64,000 nt of DNA from Nitrosopumilus sp. (GCA_965207075.1 CBDBLO010000002.1:1760001-1824000); one strand, 5' to 3'; positions 40,560 to 51,396 are shown, counted from the stretch's first letter. Made by a program: numbers and translations. Notes: generated by a model not told the origin, from the sequence alone.

Positions 40560-41384
40560 ATGTCAGGCCTTGAGGGGTTCGGGGAACACGCAGAGGAGCT
40601 GCGCAAGCGCGCCGTCCGCGCCGTGCTGGCGGTGGCGATAATCACGACGTTCATACTCACGTTTCACATAGAGCCGTACCAGGCCGCCGTCGGCGCGGAC
40701 GGCGGCACGATAACCCTGTACTACCCCGCGCCGCAGCCGCTTGACAACATCGCGGCCCAGATTACCGGGCACCTGAGGGACGCCCTGGTACCCGATACGG
40801 TCCAGCTCATACAGACCGCCCCGGGCGAGGCGTTCTTTGCCCAGATATACATAGCGGCGCTCGTCGGGGTCGCGGCCTCCATGCCCCTCATAGTGCGCGA
40901 GGCGGCCGCGTTCATAAGACCCGCCCTGGAGGAGAGGGAGATACACGTCAGCAGGGCAATATCGCTTCCCGCAATAGGGCTGTTTGCGACGGGCTGCATA
41001 TTCTCATACTATATGGTGGTGCCGTACATACTGGACTTTCTGTACAGGTACGGCGAGTCGGCCGGGCTGGTCACGTTCCTGAACGTGATAGACTTTGTGA
41101 CGTTTGTGCTGCAGTTCCTGATCGCCTTTGGCATATCGTTCCAGCTCCCGCTTGCGATGTACGCGGCCACAATGTCGGGGATGGTCTCACCGGACTTTTG
41201 GAAGCGCAATGCAAGGTATGCCATAGTGGCCATCGTCGTATTCGGGGCCGTAATCACGCCCGACGGCAGCGGCGTTACGATGTGGTTCATCGCGGCCCCG
41301 ATGATAGCGCTGTACGCGGCCGGAACCGCGTTCATCATGCGCAGGGCAAGGACGCAGAGCGCCAGCCCAGACGCGGCGGTATGA
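40560..41384 (+). CDS. tatC: Twin-arginine translocase TatC
   Basis: EHAEELRKR, FIRPAL, GISFQLP, ITPDGS. Confidence 0.95.
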   Translation: MSGLEGFGEHAEELRKRAVRAVLAVAIITTFILTFHIEPYQAAVGADGGTITLYYPAPQPLDNIAAQITGHLRDALVPDTVQLIQTAPGEAFFAQIYIAALVGVAASMPLIVREAAAFIRPALEEREIHVSRAISLPAIGLFATGCIFSYYMVVPYILDFLYRYGESAGLVTFLNVIDFVTFVLQFLIAFGISFQLPLAMYAATMSGMVSPDFWKRNARYAIVAIVVFGAVITPDGSGVTMWFIAAPMIALYAAGTAFIMRRARTQSASPDAAV

Positions 41385-41547
41385 CCGCACGTGCGCGTGC
41401 AGCGGCTCCGGTGAGGGACGAGCTTACGTAGGCCTGTCTGCCCCGGCCGCGCGGCGGCCGGAGGCTCCGTGCCGCGCCTGCCGCGCCCGCACTGCAGGCA
41501 CGGCCCCCCGGACCCAAAAATCGAACACTTAAATCCAAAAACTGCCA

Positions 41548-41763
41548 ATGTATTGCATGTCAGTACTGGCAGGCCTCGCCGGGTTCATAGCAGGACAAGA
41601 GTGGATAATACTGGTCATCGTCGTGGTGGTGCTCATCTTTGGAGCAAAGAAGATACCAGAGCTTGCAAAGACTATGGGCAAGGCCAAGGGCGAGTTTGAA
41701 AAGGGCAAGATAGAGGGCGAAAAGGAGCTAAACGACTTCAAGGACAAGGAGCAAAAGCAGTAA
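41548..41763 (+). CDS. tatA: Twin-arginine translocase TatA/E
   Basis: EWII..LIFGAKKIPELAKTMGKAKGEF. Confidence 0.95.
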   Translation: MYCMSVLAGLAGFIAGQEWIILVIVVVVLIFGAKKIPELAKTMGKAKGEFEKGKIEGEKELNDFKDKEQKQ

Positions 41764-41952
41764 CCCTGCCGCCAGCGTCACATGCTACTCCACCGTTATC
41801 GCTTCAGTATCGAATCGCCATAGTCGGCCGCAGGCGCCCCCCCCCCCCCAGGCCATGGACGGCGCCGGATCAAACTGGAATTATACCTCACGCGGGCATC
41901 CCAAAAGACTGCGCGGCATGGCACCCACGGACAGAGTGTGAGCAGGCAGGGA

Positions 41953-42477
41953 TCATGAGCCATCACTGCTGCTGCTGCCGTCACTGCTGCTGTCCTCTTC
42001 CTCCTCTGCGGCCCGCGCGAGTTCCGCCATTATCTGCGCAAAGGATTCCTCAAGTGAGTCACGGCCGCCTCCCAGCCACGAGGGCATGCCGAGGCGGCCC
42101 GTCCTCAGTTCGACTGCGGTGGTGATTACAGTGCGGGGCCTCGGGGGATGCGCGGCCGATGCGCCCGGGTCGGGCTTTGCGTGCCCTGCCGCGCCCGCAA
42201 GCTCGTGTACGACGTGCGAGCCCTTGGCGTCGCCCCCGATCACGAACGTCTCGTGTCTGTACGGCGGCGTCGCCACGTGCTTTGCCATCAGCACCAGCTC
42301 ACGCCCTCCCAGCACGACGTGCTCCTCGGCGACCGAGGTGTCGCCCCGAACCGACATTATACGGACCGACGGGTAGTGATGCGGTATCAGGTCCTGGTAC
42401 GACCCCGGGTTGCAGACCGTCGCATACGTGGACTCGAGCCCGGCACTTGCAACGGTGGTCAGCGAGAACCGCGGCAT
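41953..42477 (-). CDS. SRPBCC/polyketide cyclase-like protein
   Basis: Fold-typical pattern, e.g. FVIGGDAKGS. Confidence 0.6.
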   Translation of the reverse strand: MPRFSLTTVASAGLESTYATVCNPGSYQDLIPHHYPSVRIMSVRGDTSVAEEHVVLGGRELVLMAKHVATPPYRHETFVIGGDAKGSHVVHELAGAAGHAKPDPGASAAHPPRPRTVITTAVELRTGRLGMPSWLGGGRDSLEESFAQIMAELARAAEEEEDSSSDGSSSSDGS

Positions 42478-42481
42478 GCCG

Positions 42482-43057
42482 TCACACCCGCGGTGGCGCC
42501 CCCCACCGGACATACAGCTCGTGCTCTATCCCGAACTGGTCCAAGCACTTGCCGACCGTATGGTCTATCATGTCCTGAATGGTGCCGGGCTTGGTGTAGA
42601 ACTCCGTGACGGGCGGGAGAATCACAACCCCGAGCCGCGCCAGCCCTAGCAGGTTATCAAGGTGGATGGCCGACAGTGGCGCCTCCCTTGCAACCAGTAC
42701 CAGCTTCCGGCACTCCTTTATCGTGACGCCGGCAGCCCTTGCAATCAGGGTGTCGTCATACCCGTGCGCGACTGCAGACGCGGTCTTCATGCTACACGGG
42801 GCCACAACCATGCCGTCTGTAATGTGCGTCCCGCTAGATATCGCAGATGCCATGTTGGCGTCATCGGACGTGGCGGTGGCAAGGGCCTTTACATCAGACG
42901 GCGAATAATCAGTCTCCATCGAGACGCACTTGGAGGCCCACTCGGACATTACGAGGTGCGTCTCAACCCCAAGGTCCCTGAGCACCTCCAACAGCCTGAT
43001 TCCGTATATGGCGCCCGTGCTTCCGGTCATGCCGACTGTAAGCCTGCGGGGCCGCAT
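42482..43057 (-). CDS. ubiX: Flavin prenyltransferase
   Basis: GMTGSTGAIYG, APCSMKT, RAAGVTIKE, REAPL. Confidence 0.93.
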   Translation of the reverse strand: MRPRRLTVGMTGSTGAIYGIRLLEVLRDLGVETHLVMSEWASKCVSMETDYSPSDVKALATATSDDANMASAISSGTHITDGMVVAPCSMKTASAVAHGYDDTLIARAAGVTIKECRKLVLVAREAPLSAIHLDNLLGLARLGVVILPPVTEFYTKPGTIQDMIDHTVGKCLDQFGIEHELYVRWGAPPRV

Positions 43058-43120
43058 GCCACCCATGGGTATGATAGGGATGCATGCTATTTTAGGCATT
43101 GCAAGCGGCCGCGCGGCCGG

Positions 43121-44167
43121 TCACCGGGGGACTATGCGCCCCGAGCCGGCAATGCGGATAGGCTCGGCCTCCGGCCTGAGGATGACGGCCGTGTCGCCGT
43201 GGTGGTATGTGACCGGTTTTGCAAGGCTCAGGGAGATCCTGCAGGGGCCCGGGAGATTGTGGTCGCCGCCGTCACCTGCACTGCCGCCAGAATCACCATC
43301 ACGCGATACGCCCGAGACCGTCGCGGCCCTTGCCTGCAGGCCCACCGACACGATGCACCCCTGCCTCTCGGACAGTCCGGCCTTGTAGAACCGGTTCGGC
43401 GTGTAGTCCAGCACCAGATCCGTAGAGTCTACAATCGCGTCGTTGCCGGCCGCCGACAGGATGTCGCCGCGCCGCACGTCCTCGGGCTTTGGGCCCTTTA
43501 CTGCCAGCCCCACGCGTGCGGGGCATGACGCAGTGCCGACGGGATCATCGTGCATCTGTATGGACTTTACCAGCGCCTCGGAGCCAGACGGATGCAGCGT
43601 CAGCGTGTCATACTGGCTTACGGAGCCGGACGTCACCCTGCCGAGTATTACCGCCCCCACCCCCTTTACGTCAAACGAGTGGTCTACCTCAACCTCGGCG
43701 GGCCGCCCGTGCGCCCCCTCTGAGCCTGCTGAAATGTCCCCGGCCAGTGGAGGCAGCGCGTCTACTGCCTGCGCCAGCTCCGACGCGTCCACCCTCCTGT
43801 AGTTCTCAACTACGGTCCCCCTTATCATGGAGTCCAGCCTGCCCTCGTCGACATCGTACGTGTGGCACAGTATGCCGTCCTTTCTGCCGAGGGTGTCCAG
43901 GGCGACGATCTGCTCTCCCGTAAAGCGGTCCAGCGCATCGACATGAAAGATCACGTACTCTGACATCAAGATGGCCTGGAACAAGGGGGGGATCTTTTCT
44001 GGAAACCCCGTTGCCACCACCCACGTCCTTACGATGTCGCGCGCCTTTTTGTCGTGGATGGTGATGTCAGAGGACGTGCCCGCCTTGCCGAACTCTAGCG
44101 CGGTCTCCTTGCGGCCCAGGACGCAAAAGTTGACCGACGCCGGCCCCTCCCGTTTGCCAGAAGCCAT
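43121..44167 (-). CDS. EF-Tu/SelB-like domain 2 protein (degenerate G domain)
   Basis: GKAGTSSDIT, VDHSFDVKGVGAVILG, VKSIQMHD. Confidence 0.8.
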   Translation of the reverse strand: MASGKREGPASVNFCVLGRKETALEFGKAGTSSDITIHDKKARDIVRTWVVATGFPEKIPPLFQAILMSEYVIFHVDALDRFTGEQIVALDTLGRKDGILCHTYDVDEGRLDSMIRGTVVENYRRVDASELAQAVDALPPLAGDISAGSEGAHGRPAEVEVDHSFDVKGVGAVILGRVTSGSVSQYDTLTLHPSGSEALVKSIQMHDDPVGTASCPARVGLAVKGPKPEDVRRGDILSAAGNDAIVDSTDLVLDYTPNRFYKAGLSERQGCIVSVGLQARAATVSGVSRDGDSGGSAGDGGDHNLPGPCRISLSLAKPVTYHHGDTAVILRPEAEPIRIAGSGRIVPR

Positions 44168-44207
44168 GCAGGGCCGGCGCGACGTGCCCTTAAGAGTCAG
44201 CCGATCG

Positions 44208-45173
44208 TTACGGGAACGACTGCAGGGCGTCGGCGTAGCTTGCAAACCGGTGGTTTGCAGGGCGCAGCAGCCTCTGTCGGTACTTGGAGGCCGTAACCGG
44301 CACCCCCTTCTTGCGGCCGCGCTGCGGGCCGCGGCGGGCCCCGGCGCGGGAGGCGGCGCCGCGCAGGCCCAGCGGCCCGACGCCGCCGGGGAAGAACTCT
44401 TCTGATTCGGCCTGGAGCAGGACGTCGTCGGACGGGGCGTAGCAGTTTACCAGCCTGCCGCGTACGGTGTGGTCTATCGCGCTCCGCGCCGCCGCACCAT
44501 CCTGCACGTCCGCAGGCAGGGACGAGCCGAAGAGGTGCACGCTCTCTATGATTCCGCGCGATGAGGGGCGCAGTCCGGCGGCAACAGAAGCGGCAGCGGC
44601 CGCTGCCCCGTCAGGCGCGGCAGGTGGGCCTCCCAGCGAGCCGTAGGCCAGGTGCATCATGCAATGGAATACCACCTCCGAGCCAAGCGAGTGCCCGAGG
44701 AGCCGCACCCTTGTGTCCAAGTTTGCCCGGTCCCGCTTGAAGTCAGTTACAAACCTGGCAAGATGCCTGCCGTTTGCCCTTGCAATGCGCCTGCCGGCCT
44801 CAAGGGCCCTGCGCTGGTGCCTCCTGACGTGCGCGCCCAGCGTGTTCGAGTCATAGCTGAACCCCGCCACGGGCGGCAGCTGCTTGCCTTTCCGGGCGCC
44901 GCGGCCCCCGCGGCCCAGCCGGGCGAGCATGTCCCTTGCAATTACCACCTTCTCCAAGGCGCCCCGGTCGTCGTTGCGAAGCCCGTGTACCATTACGACG
45001 AGTTCGGGCGAGCCGCGGATTACGTCCTCAAAGTAGCGGCGCGGGTACAGCCGGTACGTCACGCCCGGGCGCAGGGCCCTGCCGTCAACCAGATTGTAAC
45101 AGCCGCGCGTGGTGATTCGCGGCACGCGGTTCGCGCGCACGGCGTTTTGCAGGGGTTCATGTCCGGGAATCAT
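44208..45173 (-). CDS. Alpha/beta hydrolase family protein
   Basis: MVHGL, LGHSLG nucleophile elbow. Confidence 0.75.
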   Translation of the reverse strand: MIPGHEPLQNAVRANRVPRITTRGCYNLVDGRALRPGVTYRLYPRRYFEDVIRGSPELVVMVHGLRNDDRGALEKVVIARDMLARLGRGGRGARKGKQLPPVAGFSYDSNTLGAHVRRHQRRALEAGRRIARANGRHLARFVTDFKRDRANLDTRVRLLGHSLGSEVVFHCMMHLAYGSLGGPPAAPDGAAAAAASVAAGLRPSSRGIIESVHLFGSSLPADVQDGAAARSAIDHTVRGRLVNCYAPSDDVLLQAESEEFFPGGVGPLGLRGAASRAGARRGPQRGRKKGVPVTASKYRQRLLRPANHRFASYADALQSFP

Positions 45174-47125
45174 TGCGGTTCGCGCGAGTGGTTGCCGTCT
45201 TTGCTGCCGCGGTTACCCCCGGAGTCGGTGGCGGGGTCGGTTGTAGAACTATTATCATCATCACCACCATCACCATCACCATCACCATCACCACCACCAT
45301 CACCACCACCATCATCAAAGCGCCCAAGCTGCTCCTTGTGCCTCTTGATCTCGTCGTCCTCGACGCGCGCAAAGAGGGGGGAGACGGAGCCGAGTCGGTG
45401 GCCCGGCTTTATGAGGATGTCCGACGCGCCGCCCCACGCAGAGTCCTCGGGGCTGCCGTCCAGCCCAAGCTGGCCCCATATGCGCACGGCCGACTCCGGG
45501 AGGAACGGGCACACCGTCACTGCAATCGATCTCACCGCGTTGATTGACAGGTACATGCACGTCTGGGCAGACTGCATATTGCCTGCTGCCGTTGCCGCCG
45601 CCCCCTCGGACCCCTGCTTGGGGACGGCCTTCCACGGTTCCTTGTGCTGAAAGTACTGGTTGAAGTGTGACGAGAACGCCATTATCTTCTTGAGCGCCCT
45701 GTCAAGGTGGTTCTGGTCCATCAGCGCGCCGGTCTCGGCCGCAAGCCCGGCGATCCGGGACGCGGCCTCCTCGTCCATGTCGTCGAACGGGCCGGGCTCC
45801 GGCACCACGCCGTCGAACTTCTTGGCGGTGAACCCAAGCGCCCTGTTGACCAGGTTGCCCAGATTTCCTATGAGCTCGGCGTTTATCCTGGCCGCAAACT
45901 CGTCCCAGTCGAAATTCAGGTCGTCCTGCGAGTACGGGTTTATGGCCACCAGATAGTACCGGAGATAGTCGGCCCGGAAATGCTGGAGAAACTCGCGCAG
46001 CCCGATGTACCAGTTGCGGCTCTTTGAGATCTTTCTCGACTGCAGCGTCAGGTGCCCGCGCGTCGGGACATAGTCGGGCAGCTTGAACTCGGAGTTTATG
46101 CCCAGCCTCATCGCGGGGAGGAACAGGTAGTGGTGGTATACTATGTCCTTGCCGATGAAATGATAAATGTCGGCCGAGTTCCAGAACTCTTTTCCGTTCA
46201 TTCCCTTCGACTCGAGGAACTCCATCGCGGACGATATGTACGCAAGGTGGTTGTCAAACCAGCCGTAAAAGACCCGGGGAGCCCCGTCGCCGTCACGCCG
46301 CGGCGGCACCGGCACCCCCCACGGTATGTCGCGGGTGATGTCCCAGTCCGAGAGCCCGGAGGTTATCCAGTTCTGCACGTACCGCTTGACGTCGGCCTGG
46401 AGGTTCTCGTTGCCCTCAAGCCAGGACGAGAGCGGGCCGGCAAAGCTGCTCAGGCGGAAGAACGCGTGGGAGGAGCGCCTCTTTGTCGGGGCGGCCCCGC
46501 ATATGGAGCACTTTGGGTCGGATATCTCCTCAGGGACGCGGCCGCAGGCCTCGCAGAGGTCAGAGTACTGGTCGGGCGCCCCGCAGTAGGGGCACGTGCC
46601 CCTGACGTAGCGGTCGGGCAGGAACTTTGAGTCGTATTCGCAGTAAAACTGCACCACGTCCTGCTCGAATATGTGCCCGGCCTCGTCAAGCTTTGCAAAC
46701 ACGTCCTGGACGAACTCCACGTTGCGCTCCGAACTGGTCTGCGAAAAGTAGTCAAACCGGATGCCAAACGCCTCAAAGTCCTCCCTGTCCCTCCTGTTCC
46801 ACCTGCTCACGTACTCCCGCGGCGTTACGCCCTCCTTTTCGGACTGTATCAGGATGGGCGTGCCAAAGTCGTCGGACGCGCATACATAGTACGCCTCCGT
46901 CCCCGCCATCCTCAGGTAGCGGCACGTGACATCGGCCGGAAGGTACGTGGACGCGACGTGTCCCAGGTGTATCTCGCCGTTTGCGTACGGGAGGGCGCTC
47001 GTTATTATGGCCCTGCGGCGCGGCGTGCCGGATGCGGGCTGCGCGCGTCCGGGCCCTGCCGTGGGCGGACGGGCGGATCCCGGCGTGCCGCCTGTCGTCG
47101 ATTTCATGAACTGGATGTGCGGCAC
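45170..47125 (-). CDS. metG: Methionine--tRNA ligase
   Basis: SALPYANGEIHLGH, Zn knuckles, FIGKDI, KISKS. Confidence 0.97.
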   Translation of the reverse strand: MPHIQFMKSTTGGTPGSARPPTAGPGRAQPASGTPRRRAIITSALPYANGEIHLGHVASTYLPADVTCRYLRMAGTEAYYVCASDDFGTPILIQSEKEGVTPREYVSRWNRRDREDFEAFGIRFDYFSQTSSERNVEFVQDVFAKLDEAGHIFEQDVVQFYCEYDSKFLPDRYVRGTCPYCGAPDQYSDLCEACGRVPEEISDPKCSICGAAPTKRRSSHAFFRLSSFAGPLSSWLEGNENLQADVKRYVQNWITSGLSDWDITRDIPWGVPVPPRRDGDGAPRVFYGWFDNHLAYISSAMEFLESKGMNGKEFWNSADIYHFIGKDIVYHHYLFLPAMRLGINSEFKLPDYVPTRGHLTLQSRKISKSRNWYIGLREFLQHFRADYLRYYLVAINPYSQDDLNFDWDEFAARINAELIGNLGNLVNRALGFTAKKFDGVVPEPGPFDDMDEEAASRIAGLAAETGALMDQNHLDRALKKIMAFSSHFNQYFQHKEPWKAVPKQGSEGAAATAAGNMQSAQTCMYLSINAVRSIAVTVCPFLPESAVRIWGQLGLDGSPEDSAWGGASDILIKPGHRLGSVSPLFARVEDDEIKRHKEQLGRFDDGGGDGGGDGDGDGDGGDDDNSSTTDPATDSGGNRGSKDGNHSREPQ

Positions 47126-47138
47126 ATTGGTTAAAAGC

Positions 47139-48407
47139 CTACCAACTCTCCGCGTACTGGGACTGCTCCTTGGTGAGCCTGTCTATCCTGACCCCCAGGG
47201 CGCCGAGCGCGTCGACGGCCACCTGCCTGTCTATCGACTCGGGCACGTTTAGTATCTCGTTTTTCATGTTCTGGTGGTTCTCCAGTATGTACATTACGGA
47301 GCTCAGCTGGTTTGAGAACGACTGGGCCATCACCTCCGGCGGGTGCCCCTCTGCCGCGACCAGGTTTGCAAGGCGCCCCTTGCCCACAAGGTAGACCTTT
47401 TTGCCGTTCTTCAGGACGCACTCGTCGAGGCTGGGCCTGACCTGCCGGACCGACCGGGAGCGGTTCAGCAGGTAGTCGCTGTCAATCTCCACGTCAAAGT
47501 GCCCCACGTTTCCCATAACGGCAGAGTCCGGCATCCGGTCTATGTGCTCCCTTGTGATGACGTCGCGCATGCCCGTGCAGGTTATGAACACCTGGCCCGT
47601 CCTGCACGCCTTTGACATGGGCTCGACGTCGAACCCGTCCATGAACGCCTCGAGGGCCCTTACCGGGTCGACCTCCGTCACCACCACGCGCGAGCCCATG
47701 CCGCGGCACCGGGCGGCCACGCCCTTGCCGACCCAGCCGTACCCGGCAACCACCACGCGCTTGGATGCCATCAGCAGGTTCATGGCCCGCAGGTAGCCGT
47801 CAATGGTCGACTGTCCCGTCCCGTAGCGGTTGTCAAAGAGGTGCTTTGTGTGGGCCTCGTTTACCAGTATCACCGGATAGCGCAGCTTGCCCTGCTTCTG
47901 CACGGCGCGTATGCGGTTGACGCCCGCGGTGGTCTCCTCCGTGGCCCCCTTTATGTCAAGTTTGGAAAAGCGCGGATCAAAGTGCGCCATTATGTTCATG
48001 TCGGCCCCGTCGTCCACCAGTATGGAGGGCTTGTGCCCCAGCACCTTTGAGATGCACCAGTCGTACTCCTTCTGGGTCTCGGTGCTCCACGCGTAGGTGT
48101 GTATGCCCTGCGACGCCAGAAACGTGGCAATGTCGTCCTGGGTGGTGAGCGGGTTGCCCCCGCAGCAGGCCACCTCGGCCCCCAGGCCCTTGAGGCCCAT
48201 CAGCAGGACGGAGGTCTCCTTTGTGATGTGCAGGCACAGCCCGACCGTAACGCCCCTGAGGGGCTTGCCGTCGCCCCTCTTCTTGAGGCGGGATATGGTA
48301 TTGTCGAGTATCTGCATGTGGGACCTGGCCCACTCGTACGAGGTCCTGCCCTGCCGCTCAAGTTTGGCCCCTCCCTTTACCTTGCTCAATGCTGGCCCCG
48401 CCGGCAC
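47139..48407 (-). CDS. ahcY: Adenosylhomocysteinase
   Basis: NPLTTQD, EETTAG, FDNRYGTGQS, GHFDVEI, AEGHP. Confidence 0.97.
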   Translation of the reverse strand: MPAGPALSKVKGGAKLERQGRTSYEWARSHMQILDNTISRLKKRGDGKPLRGVTVGLCLHITKETSVLLMGLKGLGAEVACCGGNPLTTQDDIATFLASQGIHTYAWSTETQKEYDWCISKVLGHKPSILVDDGADMNIMAHFDPRFSKLDIKGATEETTAGVNRIRAVQKQGKLRYPVILVNEAHTKHLFDNRYGTGQSTIDGYLRAMNLLMASKRVVVAGYGWVGKGVAARCRGMGSRVVVTEVDPVRALEAFMDGFDVEPMSKACRTGQVFITCTGMRDVITREHIDRMPDSAVMGNVGHFDVEIDSDYLLNRSRSVRQVRPSLDECVLKNGKKVYLVGKGRLANLVAAEGHPPEVMAQSFSNQLSSVMYILENHQNMKNEILNVPESIDRQVAVDALGALGVRIDRLTKEQSQYAESW

Positions 48408-48688
48408 ATGCTATAAAATCCTATACGGCGCCGCGGCGCCGCAGCCGCCACCCCGGCGGGATCCGGCAAAACTGCCGGGCGGCGGGAGACTCCGTGGGAG
48501 GGACAGTGCGGTGACGCGCAGTACCGGGGTTTTTCCGCCGGGCTTCGGATTCTCCTATTCCTACTATGCCAACCGTGACATTGACGCGTATGTGCGCCGA
48601 TCACAGGCCTCCCCATTTGCACCGGCCGGCTCACAGCTTCCGGCCCCGGGCCAAACAGTCTAAATACGCGCCCTGCGCGCGCACACTC

Positions 48689-48991
48689 ATGGCATGGAGG
48701 AAGATCGCCCAGAAGGGAGACGTGCAGCCGGGCAAGGGCAGGTCCTTTGAGGTGGACGGCAGGCAGATTGCGCTCTTCAACCAGGATGGATACCACGCCA
48801 TGGACGACTTGTGCGTGCATCAGGACGGATCCATCGCGCCGGGCAAGCTTGAGGGAGACATCGTAGAGTGCCCTCTGCATTTCTGGCACTACAACATCAG
48901 GACCGGCGAGCTCAAGGATTACATGAAGGACGTAAAGCTGCAGACGTACGCGGTGGACGTAAGGGACGACGGCATATACGTCGACGTGTAG
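48689..48991 (+). CDS. Rieske [2Fe-2S] ferredoxin
   Basis: CVH...CPLH. Confidence 0.92.
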   Translation: MAWRKIAQKGDVQPGKGRSFEVDGRQIALFNQDGYHAMDDLCVHQDGSIAPGKLEGDIVECPLHFWHYNIRTGELKDYMKDVKLQTYAVDVRDDGIYVDV

Positions 48992-49096
48992 TGCGCGCGG
49001 CCCGAGTGATAAATGCCGGCGTCCCCCGGTGCGGCGGCGACAGCAACAGCTACAGCAACATAACCTTTATTCTGATACGGGGCGCCCGGTGTCACG

Positions 49097-49909
49097 TTGG
49101 GCGCGGACATCACATCGGAGATCACGGGGCAGGACTATGGCCGCATAGCGGGCCGCATACGCGGCTACATCCGGCAACGGATCTCAGAGGCGCGCGCAGA
49201 CGGGCTCGTGCTGGGCCTCAGCGGGGGGATCGACTCGGCGGTGCTGGCGTACCTGTGCAGGGCCGATGGGCTACTTGAGAAGACCCTCGCGATAATGATG
49301 CCGGACACGACGGTAACCCCCGAGTCGGAGACGGCCGACGCCCAGAGGATAATATCGATACTGGGCATGCAGCACAAGCTCGTGGACATAGCCCCCATAC
49401 TGCGCGAGTACAGCATGTACCTGGAGCCCAACGCGGACGCCAGGGCCAACCTCGCCGCAAGGGTCAGGTCAAACATACTGTACTATTACGCAAACGCAAA
49501 GAACCTGCTGGTCCTGGGCTCAAGCGACAGGAGCGAGCACCTGATCGGATACTTTACCAAGTACGGCGACGGCGCGTCCGACGTGGCCCCGATAGTCTCG
49601 CTCTACAAGCTGCAGGTAAGGGGGCTGGCAGAGCACCTGGGCGTGCCGGACGCCATAATACGGAAGAAGAGCAGCCCGTTCCTGCGAAGGGGGGATGGGG
49701 CGGAGGCCGAGATTGGCGCCACGTACGAGGAGATCGACTCCGTGCTGTGGTGCGCCATCGAGAAGGGGATGCCTGTAGAGGCGGCCGCGGAGGCGGCCCG
49801 GGTCGACGTTTCAAGGGCGCAGAACATACTGGAGATGAACCGCTCAAGTGGGCACAAGAGGGGGCCGCCGGCCAAAGAGAACCTCGGGCAGACGTACGAC
49901 GTCAGGTAA
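49097..49909 (+). CDS. nadE: NAD+ synthetase
   Basis: GLSGGIDSA, GYFTKYGDG. Confidence 0.95.
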   Translation: MGADITSEITGQDYGRIAGRIRGYIRQRISEARADGLVLGLSGGIDSAVLAYLCRADGLLEKTLAIMMPDTTVTPESETADAQRIISILGMQHKLVDIAPILREYSMYLEPNADARANLAARVRSNILYYYANAKNLLVLGSSDRSEHLIGYFTKYGDGASDVAPIVSLYKLQVRGLAEHLGVPDAIIRKKSSPFLRRGDGAEAEIGATYEEIDSVLWCAIEKGMPVEAAAEAARVDVSRAQNILEMNRSSGHKRGPPAKENLGQTYDVR

Positions 49910-49929
49910 CAGGGTGGAGGAGCAGAGGC

Positions 49930-51396
49930 ATGGCGGCAGGCGACGGCAACAGCAGTGGCGCAGGCGGCATCACGATACACGACACGCTCTCCGGGAAGAG
50001 GTCAAGCCTGTCAGAACAGGGCGCCAATGCCGTGTCGATATACCTGTGCGGCGTGACGGTATACGACGACGCGCACATAGGCCACGCAAGGACCATCATA
50101 ACGTTCGACGTCCTGAGGCGCCACCTCGAGGACAGGGGGATACAGGCCACGATGGTGCAGAACTTTACGGACGTCGACGACAAGATAATAGCGCGGGCGC
50201 GAGACGAGGGGGTACAGGCCTCGGAGCTTGGCGAGAGGTACATCAGGAGGTACCACGAGGAGTTTGAGAGGCTGAACGTGCTCAAAGCCGACTCGTACCC
50301 GAGGGCCACGGAGCACATACCGGACATCATAGGGTTCATCGAGGATCTTATCGGGGGGGGTGCTGCATACGTGGCAAAAAACGGCGTCTATTTTGCAGTG
50401 TCGGAGTTTGCGCAGTACGGCAAGCTTTCCGGGAAAAAAACGGACCAGCTGAGGGCCGGCGCCCGCATCGAGGTAGACGAGGCAAAGCGCGATCCGCTCG
50501 ACTTTGCCCTGTGGAAGTTCGACTCCGGGCATCCGTCGTGGGACAGCCCGTGGGGGGCGGGGCGCCCCGGCTGGCACATAGAGTGCTCCGCGATGAGTAC
50601 GAAATACCTGGGCGACTGCATAGACATACACGGAGGGGGGCGCGACCTGATATTCCCCCACCACGAGAACGAGATAGCCCAGTCCGAGACCCGGACGGGC
50701 GGCATGTTTGCCAGGATATGGATGCACGTGGGAATGGTGACGATCGGCGGCGAGAAGATGTCAAAGTCGCTTGGCAACATCAGGTCGGTGAGGCGCGCGC
50801 TGGAGGACTGGGGCCCAAACGTGATCAGGCTGTTCTGCCTGTCAGGCCACTATTCAAAGCCGGTGGACTATTCGGATGAAAACCTACGCGAGAGCCTTGC
50901 AAAGTGGCGCCAGATAGAGGCGTGCCACTACGAGCTGATGCACGCGGCGGGAGATGCCGGCGGCAAAGGCGGGGGCGGCCCCGGGGATGCCGACGCCGCA
51001 GGCAGGCTGGCCGACGCGGGGGGCAGGTTTGACGCCGCGCTAGACGACGATCTCAACACGCACCTGGCAGTGTCGGCGGTGATGGACGTGGTGTCTGACG
51101 CAAACGCCATGGCCGCGGGCTGCGCGCTGGACCCGGGGTGGGCGGCCGGCGCGGAAGCGGAGCTCTCAAGGATGTCCCGGATTCTCGGCCTGAGGGTGCC
51201 CGACATGGATCCTGCCGAGGCCGCGGCAATCAACTCCGAGGTAGAGGCGCGCAACGGCCTGAGAAGGCAGGGTCGATACGAGGAGGCCGACGCGGCAAGG
51301 GACGGGCTCAGGGCGCGACACGTGGAGCTCTTTGATCGCGGGGACAAGACTGTGTGGGTCAAGCGGGAGAAAATAGGGGCAGACGGCAGAAGCTAG
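49930..51396 (+). CDS. cysS: Cysteine--tRNA ligase
   Basis: CGVTVYD..HIGH, GRPGWHIECS, FPHHENE, KMSKS. Confidence 0.97.
   Translation: MAAGDGNSSGAGGITIHDTLSGKRSSLSEQGANAVSIYLCGVTVYDDAHIGHARTIITFDVLRRHLEDRGIQATMVQNFTDVDDKIIARARDEGVQASELGERYIRRYHEEFERLNVLKADSYPRATEHIPDIIGFIEDLIGGGAAYVAKNGVYFAVSEFAQYGKLSGKKTDQLRAGARIEVDEAKRDPLDFALWKFDSGHPSWDSPWGAGRPGWHIECSAMSTKYLGDCIDIHGGGRDLIFPHHENEIAQSETRTGGMFARIWMHVGMVTIGGEKMSKSLGNIRSVRRALEDWGPNVIRLFCLSGHYSKPVDYSDENLRESLAKWRQIEACHYELMHAAGDAGGKGGGGPGDADAAGRLADAGGRFDAALDDDLNTHLAVSAVMDVVSDANAMAAGCALDPGWAAGAEAELSRMSRILGLRVPDMDPAEAAAINSEVEARNGLRRQGRYEEADAARDGLRARHVELFDRGDKTVWVKREKIGADGRS

Noticed and set aside
43121-44167. Selenocysteine machinery (selB)
   Set aside because: The G domain is degenerate, and no other sel genes or SECIS were seen
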